The notes beneath the pieces are model-generated. The model saw only the letters and a program-made list of their open reading frames with translations. It was not told the origin of the DNA and ran no database searches. From Hamiltosporidium tvaerminnensis FI-OER-3-3 (Eukaryota; Fungi; Microsporidia), in the NCBI GenBank assembly GCA_022605425.2, contig CM061252.1:62001-126000 (forward strand): a stretch of 64,000 bases of DNA, written 5' to 3'. Of the stretch, positions 1 through 10,699 are shown one piece after another. The translations under genes and the position numbers were made by a program. Within the stretch, counting starts at the first letter, position 1; each line of letters opens with the position of its first letter.

Positions 1-260
1 ATGTGAAACCACAGCTGAATTTGTCGATGATTTCCATTTAAATACATGGAATTCAGGCGAGGTTTCTACTTTGAAAATAAGTGCGTTTGTGAGAAGCAAA
101 AAAAATAATTTAACCAGCCAGAAAAGTCAAGTAGCAAGAATATAACTGTTGATGTAATATTGAAAAATCCATGTAGAGTCTATCTAAGTCTATTTAATAA
201 CCAGAAGGGGAGTCAATGAGAATAGGGCTGGTCAAGATGACCTAAGGGGGACTTTTTCCC
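1..260 (+). pseudogene. Fragment of lineage-specific multigene family (copy 1)
   Basis: TACATGGAATTCAG and GGTTTCTACT are shared with 16851-16950; reads NTWNSG versus TWNSD in the 16.8-kb copy. Internally deleted and cut by the window edge. Confidence 0.5.
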
Positions 261-1714
261 TTGAATAAAGTTTAAGAAAAATAAATTAACCAATTATGAG
301 CAATTGCTTCATCTATTAAATGAGTTCTGTATATATTTAGATGCAAATCTTTGGAATTTAGGTATCCTAAGGGATACCCAAAGAATGTTGAAGGGGCAGT
401 ATCTATGTATAACTCAGAAAAGCGCTAAAAAATTTAAAAATTATAACTTTGTAACTTTTCTATAAAAATTTATATTCACATACTAGGTTGACTTTTTTAA
501 AAGAATGAGATATTTGTTAAATAAATTAGGCGGTTAAGTAGACATTGTTACCCGTGATTTTTTATAAATTTAAAGTTATAATTTATAATCTTAGTATTAA
601 ATCATTAAAAATAGAATTAATACAATTAAAAAATCAGCTAATGTTCCTTAAAAATACATATTCTACTAAAAAAATATTTTGTGATAAATTTGATGTTTAC
701 GGTTGCACGTAAAATATTGTTCGTATTAATTTAAATTTAAGATATAAAACTTTAGAAATAGAATTACAATATAATTAATATTACTATAAAAAGCAAAAGC
801 TTTTATTTTTTACTTTAATTTATATAGTTTGCAAGCAAAATTTTCAATTCATTAAAACTAATAGCTTTATAAATCCGATCTTCTAATAGCCTCTTTAAAC
901 ATTTAAGAACCTAGTTATCTGCATATAGAAATTATATTTTATTCAAACCAGAGAGGTAAAAATTATATGATAAATAGAATATGAAACTTTAAGAATCCTA
1001 TATATTCATTATTTTCCAGATATTATGTAAGATTTTTTAAATGTACAATTTGAACAATTATATATATTTTTTTCTCAGTATAAATAAAATTATGAATTAA
1101 GTGAAAGTACAATTCATAAAAAACATTATTAATTTATTTTTTATAGAAATTAAATAACAGCTAATTTATAGCAAACTAAATTCTTAAATGACTAAGTTAA
1201 AATAAAAAAGGAATATTTATGTTATATAATTGTTGCGATTACAAATACTATGATTGAAAATTGTTAGCACATGTTACTAGATTTATCTTTCTAATTACAA
1301 TATTGTAAAATTAATTTGAGAATATTAATGATACAAATTAAAAGCTTTAAATTATCCCTAACTTGAAATTTTAAAGTATTTTTTTTGGTTTTTCATACCT
1401 GAAATGTTCTATTAAAAGTACTTTTAAAAATAACAAATATATTATCAACATTCATTTCAATATTTCGAAATTGTAAACACAAAGAAATATACTTTTTTCA
1501 CTTTGGTCTTTAAACTTACTTTATAATTTTTTAAAAATATCATTATACTGGTTTTATATACTCGTGTTATAAGCTACTTCTAATCAGTTATAATATGTTA
1601 ATACATTTGTATCAATTCTAAATATTGTTATGTAAATTTTTTAAGGCGTAAAATATATGGAAATAATTTGAATTGATATTAACTAAATTAAAATTGCAAT
1701 AAATAAAGATTTAT

Positions 1715-3454
1715 TTAAGATTTTTTTGATTTTCCAAGTAAACAGAACGAAAAGAAAATAGAGAAACAACCGAGTATTTCTGTACAGTGTATGATATCTA
1801 TCGATCTAAATAACTGTATTATAACTACAGTGGGTTGAAAAAATATACCACTTACTTGTGCAAACACTGGTGATTTGTAAGATATAAGCAATAAATATAT
1901 AGTATTTTGACAAAGTGACAGTATATTCGCTGCAAATATATGAAATATTTGTCTGCCTTGTGTTGGAATACTTATTTCATCAATAGATTTTAAATTTACT
2001 AGTAAAAGAAAGGGCCAGTAAAATAGAAGTGTAAATAGACCAGTCAGGCCCATATAATATTTCATATAAATGAGTTTTCTGTTTAGATTTTCTTTTTCTA
2101 TATTTATTATATTTGAATTTGGTTTTACGATTTGGTTTTCTTTATTACTTTTATTTGTGACAATGTTAGTATTTAATGGTATTTCTGTTGGAATATATAT
2201 TTGGTTACTTATGTGTAATTTGGTATCAATTTGATTTTCATTTACCTTCTCATTCAGACAGTGTAATTCATTGGTTATATTTGATTCAATCGGTAGAAAA
2301 TCTTGTATTTCTAATGAAATTGGTTTAAATTTGAACGAATTATTTTCTAAATTCGTTTTAAAGTCAATTTTACTGTCTTTTGATATTCCATGTTTTATAT
2401 TCTTTTTTATTTCTGGATTTGCCTCAGAACTTATCATATATTTCACTTCTGTCATTTTTAAATCCTTCTTATTTTGTTCTACACTGCTTTCTAGAATATC
2501 ATTAGAAATCAAAAAATGTTCTTCTGTCACATCACAACCGTTATTTGTTTTTTCTAGATTTTTTTCTGAATTATCCAATGAACTGATAATACAAGTTTTC
2601 ATTCTAAGATCTTTAATATTCTTTCCGCTTTCTAGATTTATGTCTTTATTTTTTTTCGAGTTGACAATAAAATCTCTTGTTCTAAGATCTTTTTTATTTC
2701 CAATTTCTAAGTTGCATTCTTTGTTTTCGTCGGAGTTAAGAGCGAAATCTTTAGTTCCGGTATTTTCCTTTTTATCCTTTATTTCATAATCATTTCCTAT
2801 TTCTAATTCTTTCTGTAATTCGTTATTAGAGTTTTCATAAAAATCAATCTCTTTTTGTCTCAAATTATTATTCTTGATTTTTTTAACCTTTTCTGGTATT
2901 TCGATACAAATTTTTAACAATACTGTATACAATCCAGAGAACACAGCTGCTAAAAAACATATTATAGCCCACACATAGTGTTTTCTACAACTCACATCAT
3001 CAAGAACAATAACGACCAATCCAGCCAAGCACAACACCATACTAAAGACACCTTTACGGCTTATTTTTTCGATATTAAAAATCAACGAAAACACGTGAGA
3101 AAACAAAACACTCGATCCATAAATAGAAACAATATACGCATCTCTTAGACATTTCATAGAATAGAACTTAGGAATATGACACAGATTATAAAAAATACTC
3201 AGTACCACAACACGCACCATAAACGTTCTTCGTCCCACACCTGTATCTTTCTCCATCTTCTCAAAATACTTCAATCTATACTTCACCATATCTTTCAGTA
3301 TAATTAAACACCCACTCGAATGTGTCAAATACATAGTTAGAATAGGAGATATATGCTGTATACTACTACATGTGTACATTATCTTTGCATTGTAATATGC
3401 TAATGATTCTAGTACTACACGTACTAGTATTATTATCAGTTCTTTGCCATCCAT
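1715..3454 (-). CDS. Drug/metabolite transporter (EamA/SLC35F-like) membrane protein with a long hydrophilic insertion
   Basis: Two clusters of hydrophobic helices with SSVLFSHVFSLIFNIEKIS, LCLAGLVVIVL, AAVFSGLYTVLLK and YMGLTGLFTLLFYWP, typical of SLC35F/EamA. First in-frame ATG is at 3454; the ORF track starts at TTG 3472. Confidence 0.7.
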   Translation of the reverse strand: MDGKELIIILVRVVLESLAYYNAKIMYTCSSIQHISPILTMYLTHSSGCLIILKDMVKYRLKYFEKMEKDTGVGRRTFMVRVVVLSIFYNLCHIPKFYSMKCLRDAYIVSIYGSSVLFSHVFSLIFNIEKISRKGVFSMVLCLAGLVVIVLDDVSCRKHYVWAIICFLAAVFSGLYTVLLKICIEIPEKVKKIKNNNLRQKEIDFYENSNNELQKELEIGNDYEIKDKKENTGTKDFALNSDENKECNLEIGNKKDLRTRDFIVNSKKNKDINLESGKNIKDLRMKTCIISSLDNSEKNLEKTNNGCDVTEEHFLISNDILESSVEQNKKDLKMTEVKYMISSEANPEIKKNIKHGISKDSKIDFKTNLENNSFKFKPISLEIQDFLPIESNITNELHCLNEKVNENQIDTKLHISNQIYIPTEIPLNTNIVTNKSNKENQIVKPNSNIINIEKENLNRKLIYMKYYMGLTGLFTLLFYWPFLLLVNLKSIDEISIPTQGRQIFHIFAANILSLCQNTIYLLLISYKSPVFAQVSGIFFQPTVVIIQLFRSIDIIHCTEILGCFSIFFSFCLLGKSKKS

Positions 3455-3667
3455 TCTTCTCAACTTTTGCAATCATAAAAGATATGAAAGTACCAATCAA
3501 CTCCTTTTCATTATCTTCTCCTATTTCAATAATTATATAGATTTCTAAAAAAATAAATAGTTTTAATTTTAAATAATATTTGATATTTAATTTAATTAAT
3601 CTCCTTTTTAAGTAATTTATTTAAATGAGTTATTTATATGTCTTTTAAAGTATAATCTTGATTAAGA

Positions 3668-4160
3668 AATGGGGTGTTAGACATGAGTAGTATAAATAAA
3701 AGGGTGTTAGATATAATAGTATAAATAAAAGGGTTTCAACTTCAACTATGATATCAAAGGGGTGTTAGATATAGCTGTTATAATAAAAGGGTGTTACACA
3801 TATGTAGGTCAAATAAAAGGGTTTCAACTTCAACTATGATATCAAAGGGGTGTTAGATATAGCTGTTATAATAAAAGGGTGTTACACATATGTAGTATAA
3901 ATAAAAGGGTGTTAACTTTAGCTATAATATCAAAGGGTGTTAGAACTAAGTAGTATAAATAAAAGGGTGTTACACATATGTAGGCTAAATAAAAGGGTGT
4001 TAACTTCAACTATCATATCAAAGGGTGTTAGATATAACTATTATAATAAAAGGGTCTTGTTTATAGGTACTAATACTTTACACCCTCTTATCAACACACC
4101 CATTATAATAACACCCTCCAACATACTAATATCTAAAACCAATATCACTAACACCCCCAC
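3668..4160. repeat. AAAGGGTGTTA-core minisatellite: ~13-14 units of 28-30 bp with a ~88-bp higher-order trimer, then inverted (TAAC)ACCC copies
   Basis: GGGTGTTA/GGGTTTCA recurs about every 29 bp from 3671 to ~4055. CACCC/TAACACCC copies lie at ~4081-4160. Confidence 0.9.
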
Positions 4161-4200
4161 GTCCCTTCTCCTCTTTCCCTTATTTTTTAAATTTCTCAAA

Positions 4201-4205
4201 CCCCC
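4201..4205 (+). promoter_or_regulatory. Microsporidian CCC-like motif upstream of the eL8 start
   Basis: aaaCCCCCtcgttcgATG. Similar motifs precede uL30 (10688-10693), H2A (30067-30072), ubiquitin (22439-22442, -), GH19 (14204-14206, -) and Mak21 (51174-51176). Confidence 0.7.
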
Positions 4206-4212
4206 TCGTTCG

Positions 4213-4860
4213 ATGCCAAAAGTAAAATTAATAAAAGAAACAAAAAAAGAAGAAACCGATCCACAAACACTAACTCACCGTTCACAAAGAAAAGAACTAG
4301 AACAACTAGTATCCACCCGTAAAATACTACTCATGAACCGTATGAGAGTACCACCTGCAATAAACCAATTCTCCACATTTCTGGACCCAGACACTTTTTC
4401 CGAAATTCTTTCCCTTTTTAAAAAATACCGTCCTGAAACCCAAAAAGAGAAAAGCGACCGTTTATCCAACAAAGACTGGAAAAAACAACCAAAACCCATT
4501 TTAGTCAAATGCGGTATCAAACACGTCACACAACTCATCGAAAACAAAAAAGCCAAATTTGTTCTCATTGCCTGTGATGTAGACCCCCTAGAAATTGTCA
4601 TTCATTTACCTACCCTCTGTAAGAAAATGAATATTCCTTATGCAATAGTTAAAGGAAAAGAACTCTTAGGATCAGTTGTAAACCAAAAAAACGCCACCTC
4701 TCTCCTCCTCTGTGATGTCAGACCAGAAGATACCAAAACACTTAATAAATTTATTGAAAAATCTAATAATATGTTTAGTAACCGATATGAAGATATAATG
4801 AAGAAGTGGGGAAGTGTAGGAGGTGTAGAAGAAAAGGAGGAAGTAGTGGTGGTTGAATAG
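4213..4860 (+). CDS. RPL7A: 60S ribosomal protein eL8 (L7a)
   Basis: RMRVPPAINQFS, KYRPETQKEK, GIKHVTQLIENKKAKFVLIACDVDPLEIVIHLPTLCKKMNIPYAIVKGK. The true start is MPKVK after the CCC motif; the upstream part of the ORF track is translated minisatellite. Confidence 0.95.
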   Translation: MPKVKLIKETKKEETDPQTLTHRSQRKELEQLVSTRKILLMNRMRVPPAINQFSTFLDPDTFSEILSLFKKYRPETQKEKSDRLSNKDWKKQPKPILVKCGIKHVTQLIENKKAKFVLIACDVDPLEIVIHLPTLCKKMNIPYAIVKGKELLGSVVNQKNATSLLLCDVRPEDTKTLNKFIEKSNNMFSNRYEDIMKKWGSVGGVEEKEEVVVVE

Positions 4861-6291
4861 AAGGATGATTTGTTAGTAATGAGATAGTTAGAGGGATTGG
4901 AAGGAAGTAATACTTACTAAGAATAAGGGATAGTAGTCTTAGTAATATTAAGTAGTAAGTTGGGGTTTAGGGTTATTAAAAGGATTTTATTTATTTTAGT
5001 GTATTAACACCCTATTGTTATATAGTGTAGTTGTTAACACTCTTTTATTTATATTTAACAATGTTTTTACTTTTTTTTTATTTTTTTAATAAGTCTATCC
5101 TTTGTTACTGATTTGTATCTAACATCTCTTTGTCATTAAAGTTCTTCTTATATTTAAAAGTAAGAAATGTATATTTCCTGTTTATACTCATATGTAGAGT
5201 TTACCATATAAGGAGTTGATTTTCTAATACCAATCTATACTAAAATAACAATAAATCAAAAAAAAAATTATAAAAAAAATCGGTGATAAAAAAGCAAAAA
5301 TTAAAAAAAAGAGTTTAAAAGATAAAAAAAAATCTTTAATTTTTATTTTCTTTAGTCTGTTTTTAGAAATAAATTTTGAAATATTTAGATATTTTTAATT
5401 ATAGACTCATAGATCAAATTGAAGTCTCTATGTAGCGATTTGGTGTCTTTCTTTATAAAAAGCAATTATTTTGTTTTTTCGTGCCAATTAATTTTACTAA
5501 AATATCTTTGAATAAGTACCACGTAAAATGATTTAAATGTGATAAGAAGGTAATGAACATCAGCATCTTTGACTATTCTTGAAATATATAAATTTCTTTA
5601 TATTTTATATCAACTCTTTCTGAATTAAAAATAGTTGTGACTTGCGGTTCAATGTTACTATAAATTGATATACAATTTGTTTTTTTAATAAATTCTAAAT
5701 TATTTTTAATAGGTATTTCCTCTTTTAATATTTTGGTTAATTTTTTTCAATTCTGTTGTATTAACAACGTAAGGAAATTTACTTACCCATGCGCTCTCTA
5801 AATGCCTGCATTGGGAAATTGTTTATTGGTTTACTCTATGAAGTATTGTATTCAAATATAATTAGATTGAGAATTTACATATTTATTTTGACACTAGATA
5901 ATGCTCTCGAAATTTTACTGACTATCATTTAATTACCTTTTTCTACTTTCCCTGGGTAAAGGAATATCTTAGCCTTTCGTCTTAAAAATCTACTGTCATG
6001 TAAACTTAGAAATTCTGTAAAAAGAATCGTTGAATTCTCTACTTCTATTAATTTGTAGAATATTCGGCGTGCCTTCATGCTTAAAATATACTTTAAGGCA
6101 TATATGGGTTTTCTTCTGTTTTATTTTTAATGCAAATAAAAAAAGAAATTTTGAATGGACACCTAAAATGTTTAAAATCCATCCATTTTGTTATTTTTAT
6201 TAGCGTAATTTCTAAAACCAAAAAAATCTATTCTCACGATATGTCATGGTTGTTGTGATATTATGAGTTTAATTTGTGAGATTGTAATTAA

Positions 6292-8454
6292 TGTCACGGG
6301 CCAATAAACCCCCCATGTCCAATAGAATCCCTTTATTTCCTATACATTTTTAATCTTGATAACACCCTTTACTTATTCATATAGCCTTTTAATTTCTATA
6401 TCGTTATAACACATTTATTCCCTTTATTCGTATATACGTTCTTATTTTAGTTTTCTTACCAATATTTCTTATCCATCCTTTTTTAACATTTCTTTTGTAT
6501 AAGCAAATAGGATGTGTTAATTATGAATAAAATATCCCATAAAATTTATATTTTTCTTTTCAGTTCTTTTTTTGCTTTTTTCGGTTTTTTGCATTTTTAG
6601 TATTTGTAAGGCAAATTTTTGCTGTATAATTTGATACAGACACTAAACAACATAAAATTGTATATAAATTTATTTAAAGCTTTCATATTATTTGTTTTTT
6701 TTCTAAGTATTCGGTTTATATGTATATAAAAACATAATGTAACCAAAATGCCAAAGATTGTAAGTTGTAAAAATAGGCAAGAAAAAAAAATTCTTACTGC
6801 CTATTTAAAAACCGGCCAGTATCTAACTGCGTATTCCAAAGAAGAAAAGATTTTTTCAGGCATAACATTTTACTTTGCTCGGAGATGACATTTGTTTTAA
6901 AAGATACGATCATCTAATAAGAGCCGTTTTTGGATTTGAAACTGCCGTGATATAACAAATTATTTAAACAGAGCATGTTGTTGCACACATCGGAGTAAAT
7001 AAAATTATGGCTTTGATTGCACAAAAATACTATGGAATTCCCAAGGAATATATAAAAGAGTATGTAAAAGAGTATGAAGCATATATTCGATTCAATTCTC
7101 TGAAAAAAAATCAGCCAATATATATAAATCATATTACCAAAAAATATGATCTCTATTTATGATGGATTGTGTAGATCTAAGGAGATAAATGATCAAAATG
7201 ATCAATATAGCTGGATTATTAATGTAATCGACACACGCACAAAACATCTCTGGTGCTTTAAGCTGATTAATAAAACTTCGAAATTAGTAAGAGATGCATT
7301 AAAATTTTTATTTGACAACCTTGGTGTCCCGGTGGCAATACAATCCGATAACGGTCGAGAGTTTAAAAATACACTACTTGAAGCCTTTTCAACAGACCAT
7401 AACATCAAAATTATACTTGAAAGACCCCGCAATCCAAAGGCGCAAGGTGAAGTGAAACGTGTAAATCGAACCATAAAAATATGGCTAGCGAAGAAATTAC
7501 AGCAAACAGGGTGAAGAATGTGGATTTAACATCTTAATAATGTTGTTTGTGCATATAACAGAACAATACATAGTGCACAAACAAATCTCCAATTATGCTT
7601 TTCTTCGGACAACCGGGTTTTAATAGTCAACTTTCTAGAAGCATAATAGATGAAAAGGAAGCTAGTATTATAATGCCTTCTATTGATATAGATCCTGATA
7701 TAGTTTTAGTCGAAGAAAATGCAGCGGATACACAATGGATCCTGGAAATCGCCTCGTATGTACATGAATAATTTACTGAAACGGTAACCACTACAACCAC
7801 TATAATACCTGATGATCTCGGAAGCGATAGTAAGATTCGTTCGGATGTGGCTAAGCATTTTAAAAAGCATAGAGAAAGAATTATAGAAAGCAACAATCAA
7901 ATGAATTCAAGAAATATTTGTCTATTGGAGATCAAGTTTTGATAAAAAAAAAACTTAGATATGAATACTAAAACGAAAAGAGCGCCTTCTGACTCTTTTT
8001 ACGATAATTCGGTTTTTACAGTTACCGCTATTTTGATGAACAACATGAATGAAGTAAAAAACAATGATGGTGACACAAAAACAGTTTTTAGAAGCGTAAT
8101 AAAACGTATCTAATTTAATTTACTTTGCAATTATTGTAGGCATTTTTTATTATTTAATTATTATCATTAAGTTTTCTTTTTAATCTAGCAAAACATGATA
8201 TACTTTTTTTGGCGCGAAATTCAAGTCCAAAACCATGTAAGCCTTTTTTAAATAGACCCCTATTAAATTTAGAGAAAAAATCACCTACTTTTTAAAATAT
8301 ATGACCTTTAGCTAAAATATATGAAAATAAAGGGGGTTCTATAAATCCTTAGAAAATAACAGAGGTGCTATAAATCATTAAAAAATAAAGAGGGGGGGTA
8401 TTTGGAAATAACCGGGGTTCTATTGGACATGGGAGTGTTTATTGGGCCGTGACA
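6292..8454 (+). mobile_element. Ginger/TDD-like DNA transposon with decayed rve-type DDE integrase
   Basis: Imperfect ~55-bp TIRs: TGTCACGGGCCAATAAACCCCCCATGTCCAATAGAA ... TTCTATTGGACATGGGAGTGTTTATTGGGCCGTGACA, with TGT..ACA termini. Flanks are TTAA and TTTA. Frameshifted ORF from ~6748 has a HVVAHIG motif and core IDTRTKH..IQSDNGREF..PRNPKAQGEVKRVN. No RT or LTR. Confidence 0.85.
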
Positions 8455-9009
8455 TTTATTAACCTTTAGTTCTCTTTTTAAAAATAAATTCTTTTTTTCT
8501 TGAAAAGATAAGTAGAAGACACATTATTTCTATTCGCTAGGTATTGTTTTATCAGTTTTATTTCTAAAATAGTTAAAAATCTCTGGTGATTCTATTCTTG
8601 CTTAAATTTCCTTTAAAACCCTTATTTTAAAAAGAAAATATTAAACTTACTATTGAAAGTGCAGCAATAGATAAATAGAATCAAGATTTTAAAAGCATAA
8701 AAAAAAATATTTTTTGGTTCCTTTTATGAGTAAACTCCCACATATGGGTTCACAAATTTAAAATTAAATTATTAAATTTTAATTTATTTATATCCACTAT
8801 AAAATTCTAATAAGTGTGATGTAGTGGGTACAGAAAGGTTTAATATATTTTAGAAGTTTTAAAGAAAATAAAATTAATTTATATTTGTTTTTTAAATACG
8901 AAACAGATTTATTTCAATAATAATTCTGATTTGAGATTCGTTTATTTTGATAGAATCTGTTATTTATTAGTTGTGTTTTTAAAGAAGCCTTGATTATAAT
9001 ATACCTTGT

Positions 9010-9110
9010 TACTATCCTATAACACATCCTACTCCTATATAACTAACACCCTCTACTCCTATATAACTAACACCCCCTACTCCTTTAATATACCAACACC
9101 CCTCTCTATT
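9010..9110. repeat. TAACACCC-core ~24-bp repeats across the stop codon of the 9077-10279 ORF
   Basis: About 3-4 copies of actcctatataactaacaccc(t/c)ct. Confidence 0.75.
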
Positions 9111-10279
9111 TCCTTAATCACTGACTTTATAAAAAAATATTCTTTTAAATTCTCAATTCCTTTAAAATACTTTATTTCTTTATATTCCGTATAAATATAA
9201 CAGTTATAAGAAAACCATAAAATATTAAATTTTAATTTTTTAAAATATTTTATATTTTCATTTATTTTTTTAGTTTGAAAAATATTTAAAATAAAAGAAT
9301 TATAGGTTATTGATCTACCTTTTCTTATATATGAGGTGTTATAATTAAGAGGAGATATAAATATAATAACACCTATGTTAGTATTAGTAAGAGGGTGTGG
9401 TGTATTGTTAAAGGGGTGTAATGTATTAGTACTGTTATTAAGAGGGTTTTGTTCATAAGTACTGTTACTAGCACCCTTATAATTATCTATACTGGCATTA
9501 ACACCCTGTTGTTTATATATACTGGCATTAACACCCTGTTGTTTATCTATACTGTTACTAGCACCCTTATAATTATATATACTGTTAGTAACACCCTGTT
9601 GTTTATCTATACTGTTAGTAGCACCCTTATAACTATGTATACTGGCATTAAGACCCTGTTGTTTATCTATACTCTTACTAGCACCCTTATAATTATATAT
9701 ACTGTTAGTAACACCCTGTTGTTTATCTATACTGTTACTAGCACCCTTATAATTATATATACTGGCATTAACACCTTGTTGTTTATATATACTGTTACTA
9801 GCGCCTTTATAATTATATATACTGTTAGTAACACCCTGTTGTTTATCTATACTGTTACTAGCACCCTTATAATTATATATACTGTCAATAACACCCTGTT
9901 GTTTATCTATACTGTTAGTAGCACCCTTATAATTATATATACTGTCAATAACACCCTCTCCCTCCCTACCGTCAATAACACCCCTTACCATATCCTCATC
10001 CTCATTCCCTATAACACCCCCCTTATTTCCATATAAAAGCTCATTTTCTTTTTTCTGTTGTATTTTTAAAAATTTAATTTTTTGTTTTTCCTTTTTAATT
10101 TCTTGTTTTCTTTGAAATTTAATTTCTTTTTTCTTGTAAAATAAATCTTTAGATTTCTTTATATAAGTGATATTCCACCATTCTTGTTGTGGTGTGTCGT
10201 TTAATATATCTAGTGATAGGTTTATGTTTATATTGTTTTGTATACATAGTTCTTCTATTTTTTGTATTAAGATATCCAT
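9077..10279 (-). CDS. Hypothetical protein with internal 10/20-aa tandem repeats (KQQGVTNSIYNYKGASNSID)
   Basis: 400-aa open frame with CCCT immediately before the ATG and unique N- and C-terminal regions. The repeat unit is exactly 30/60 nt. Confidence 0.7.
   Translation of the reverse strand: MDILIQKIEELCIQNNININLSLDILNDTPQQEWWNITYIKKSKDLFYKKKEIKFQRKQEIKKEKQKIKFLKIQQKKENELLYGNKGGVIGNEDEDMVRGVIDGREGEGVIDSIYNYKGATNSIDKQQGVIDSIYNYKGASNSIDKQQGVTNSIYNYKGASNSIYKQQGVNASIYNYKGASNSIDKQQGVTNSIYNYKGASKSIDKQQGLNASIHSYKGATNSIDKQQGVTNSIYNYKGASNSIDKQQGVNASIYKQQGVNASIDNYKGASNSTYEQNPLNNSTNTLHPFNNTPHPLTNTNIGVIIFISPLNYNTSYIRKGRSITYNSFILNIFQTKKINENIKYFKKLKFNILWFSYNCYIYTEYKEIKYFKGIENLKEYFFIKSVIKEIERGVGILKE
9330..10022. 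repeat. Coding minisatellite, 30-bp units with AGGGTG(T/C)TA core
   Basis: Alternating TAGCACCCTT and TAACACCCTG units on the + strand from 9468 to 10022; a few opposite-orientation units at 9330-9450. Confidence 0.9.
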
Positions 10280-10645
10280 AGGGTGATAATTATGTGAGTA
10301 GTATTAGGGGATATAAGAGGGTGTTAATTACACGGATAGTATTAGGGGATATAAGAGGGTGTTAATTATAGGGATAGTATAAGGATATAAGAGGGTGTTA
10401 ATTATAGAGATAGTATAAAGGATATAAGAGTGTTAGTGATAAGAGTAGTAATAGGAATCAATGGGTGTTGGTGATAATATTATTATTAAGAAATAAGAAG
10501 ATGTTATATAAGTACTAATAATTAAAGGATATAAGAGGGTGTTAATATACTTATAATATCCTATCACTATACTAACACCCCACTATTATCCTATCACTAT
10601 ATTAACACCCCACTATTATCCTATCACTATATTAACACCCCACTA
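10280..10645. repeat. Intergenic minisatellite: GGATATAAGAGGGTGTTAA units, then three inverted 30-bp TATCCTATCACTATA(C/T)TAACACCCCAC units
   Basis: Directly visible between the divergent ATGs at 10279 (-) and 10700 (+). Confidence 0.9.
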
Positions 10646-10699
10646 CTTCCTCCCCACTTTTTTTTTATCTTAAAAATATTTTATAAACCCCCCTTTCTA

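Noticed and set aside
2271-2789. Antisense ORFs here and at 4275, 13442, 13907, 22232, 30063, 51170, 51689 and 54624
   Set aside because: They overlap well-supported genes on the opposite strand and show shadow-type composition.
3668-4060. CRISPR-like array (constant core plus variable spacer)
   Set aside because: The core is only ~11 bp, spacers recur in a trimer pattern, there are no cas genes, and the context is eukaryotic.
3937-4212. 92-aa N-terminal extension of eL8
   Set aside because: Starts at a non-ATG codon inside the minisatellite; the CCC motif marks ATG 4213.
5779-5830. U1 snRNA (ACTTACC start)
   Set aside because: No U1-70K loop, U1A loop or Sm site follows; it reads better as a minus-strand donor site or chance.
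9449-10036. 195-aa hydrophobic + strand ORF
   Set aside because: Antisense shadow of the 30-bp coding repeat.
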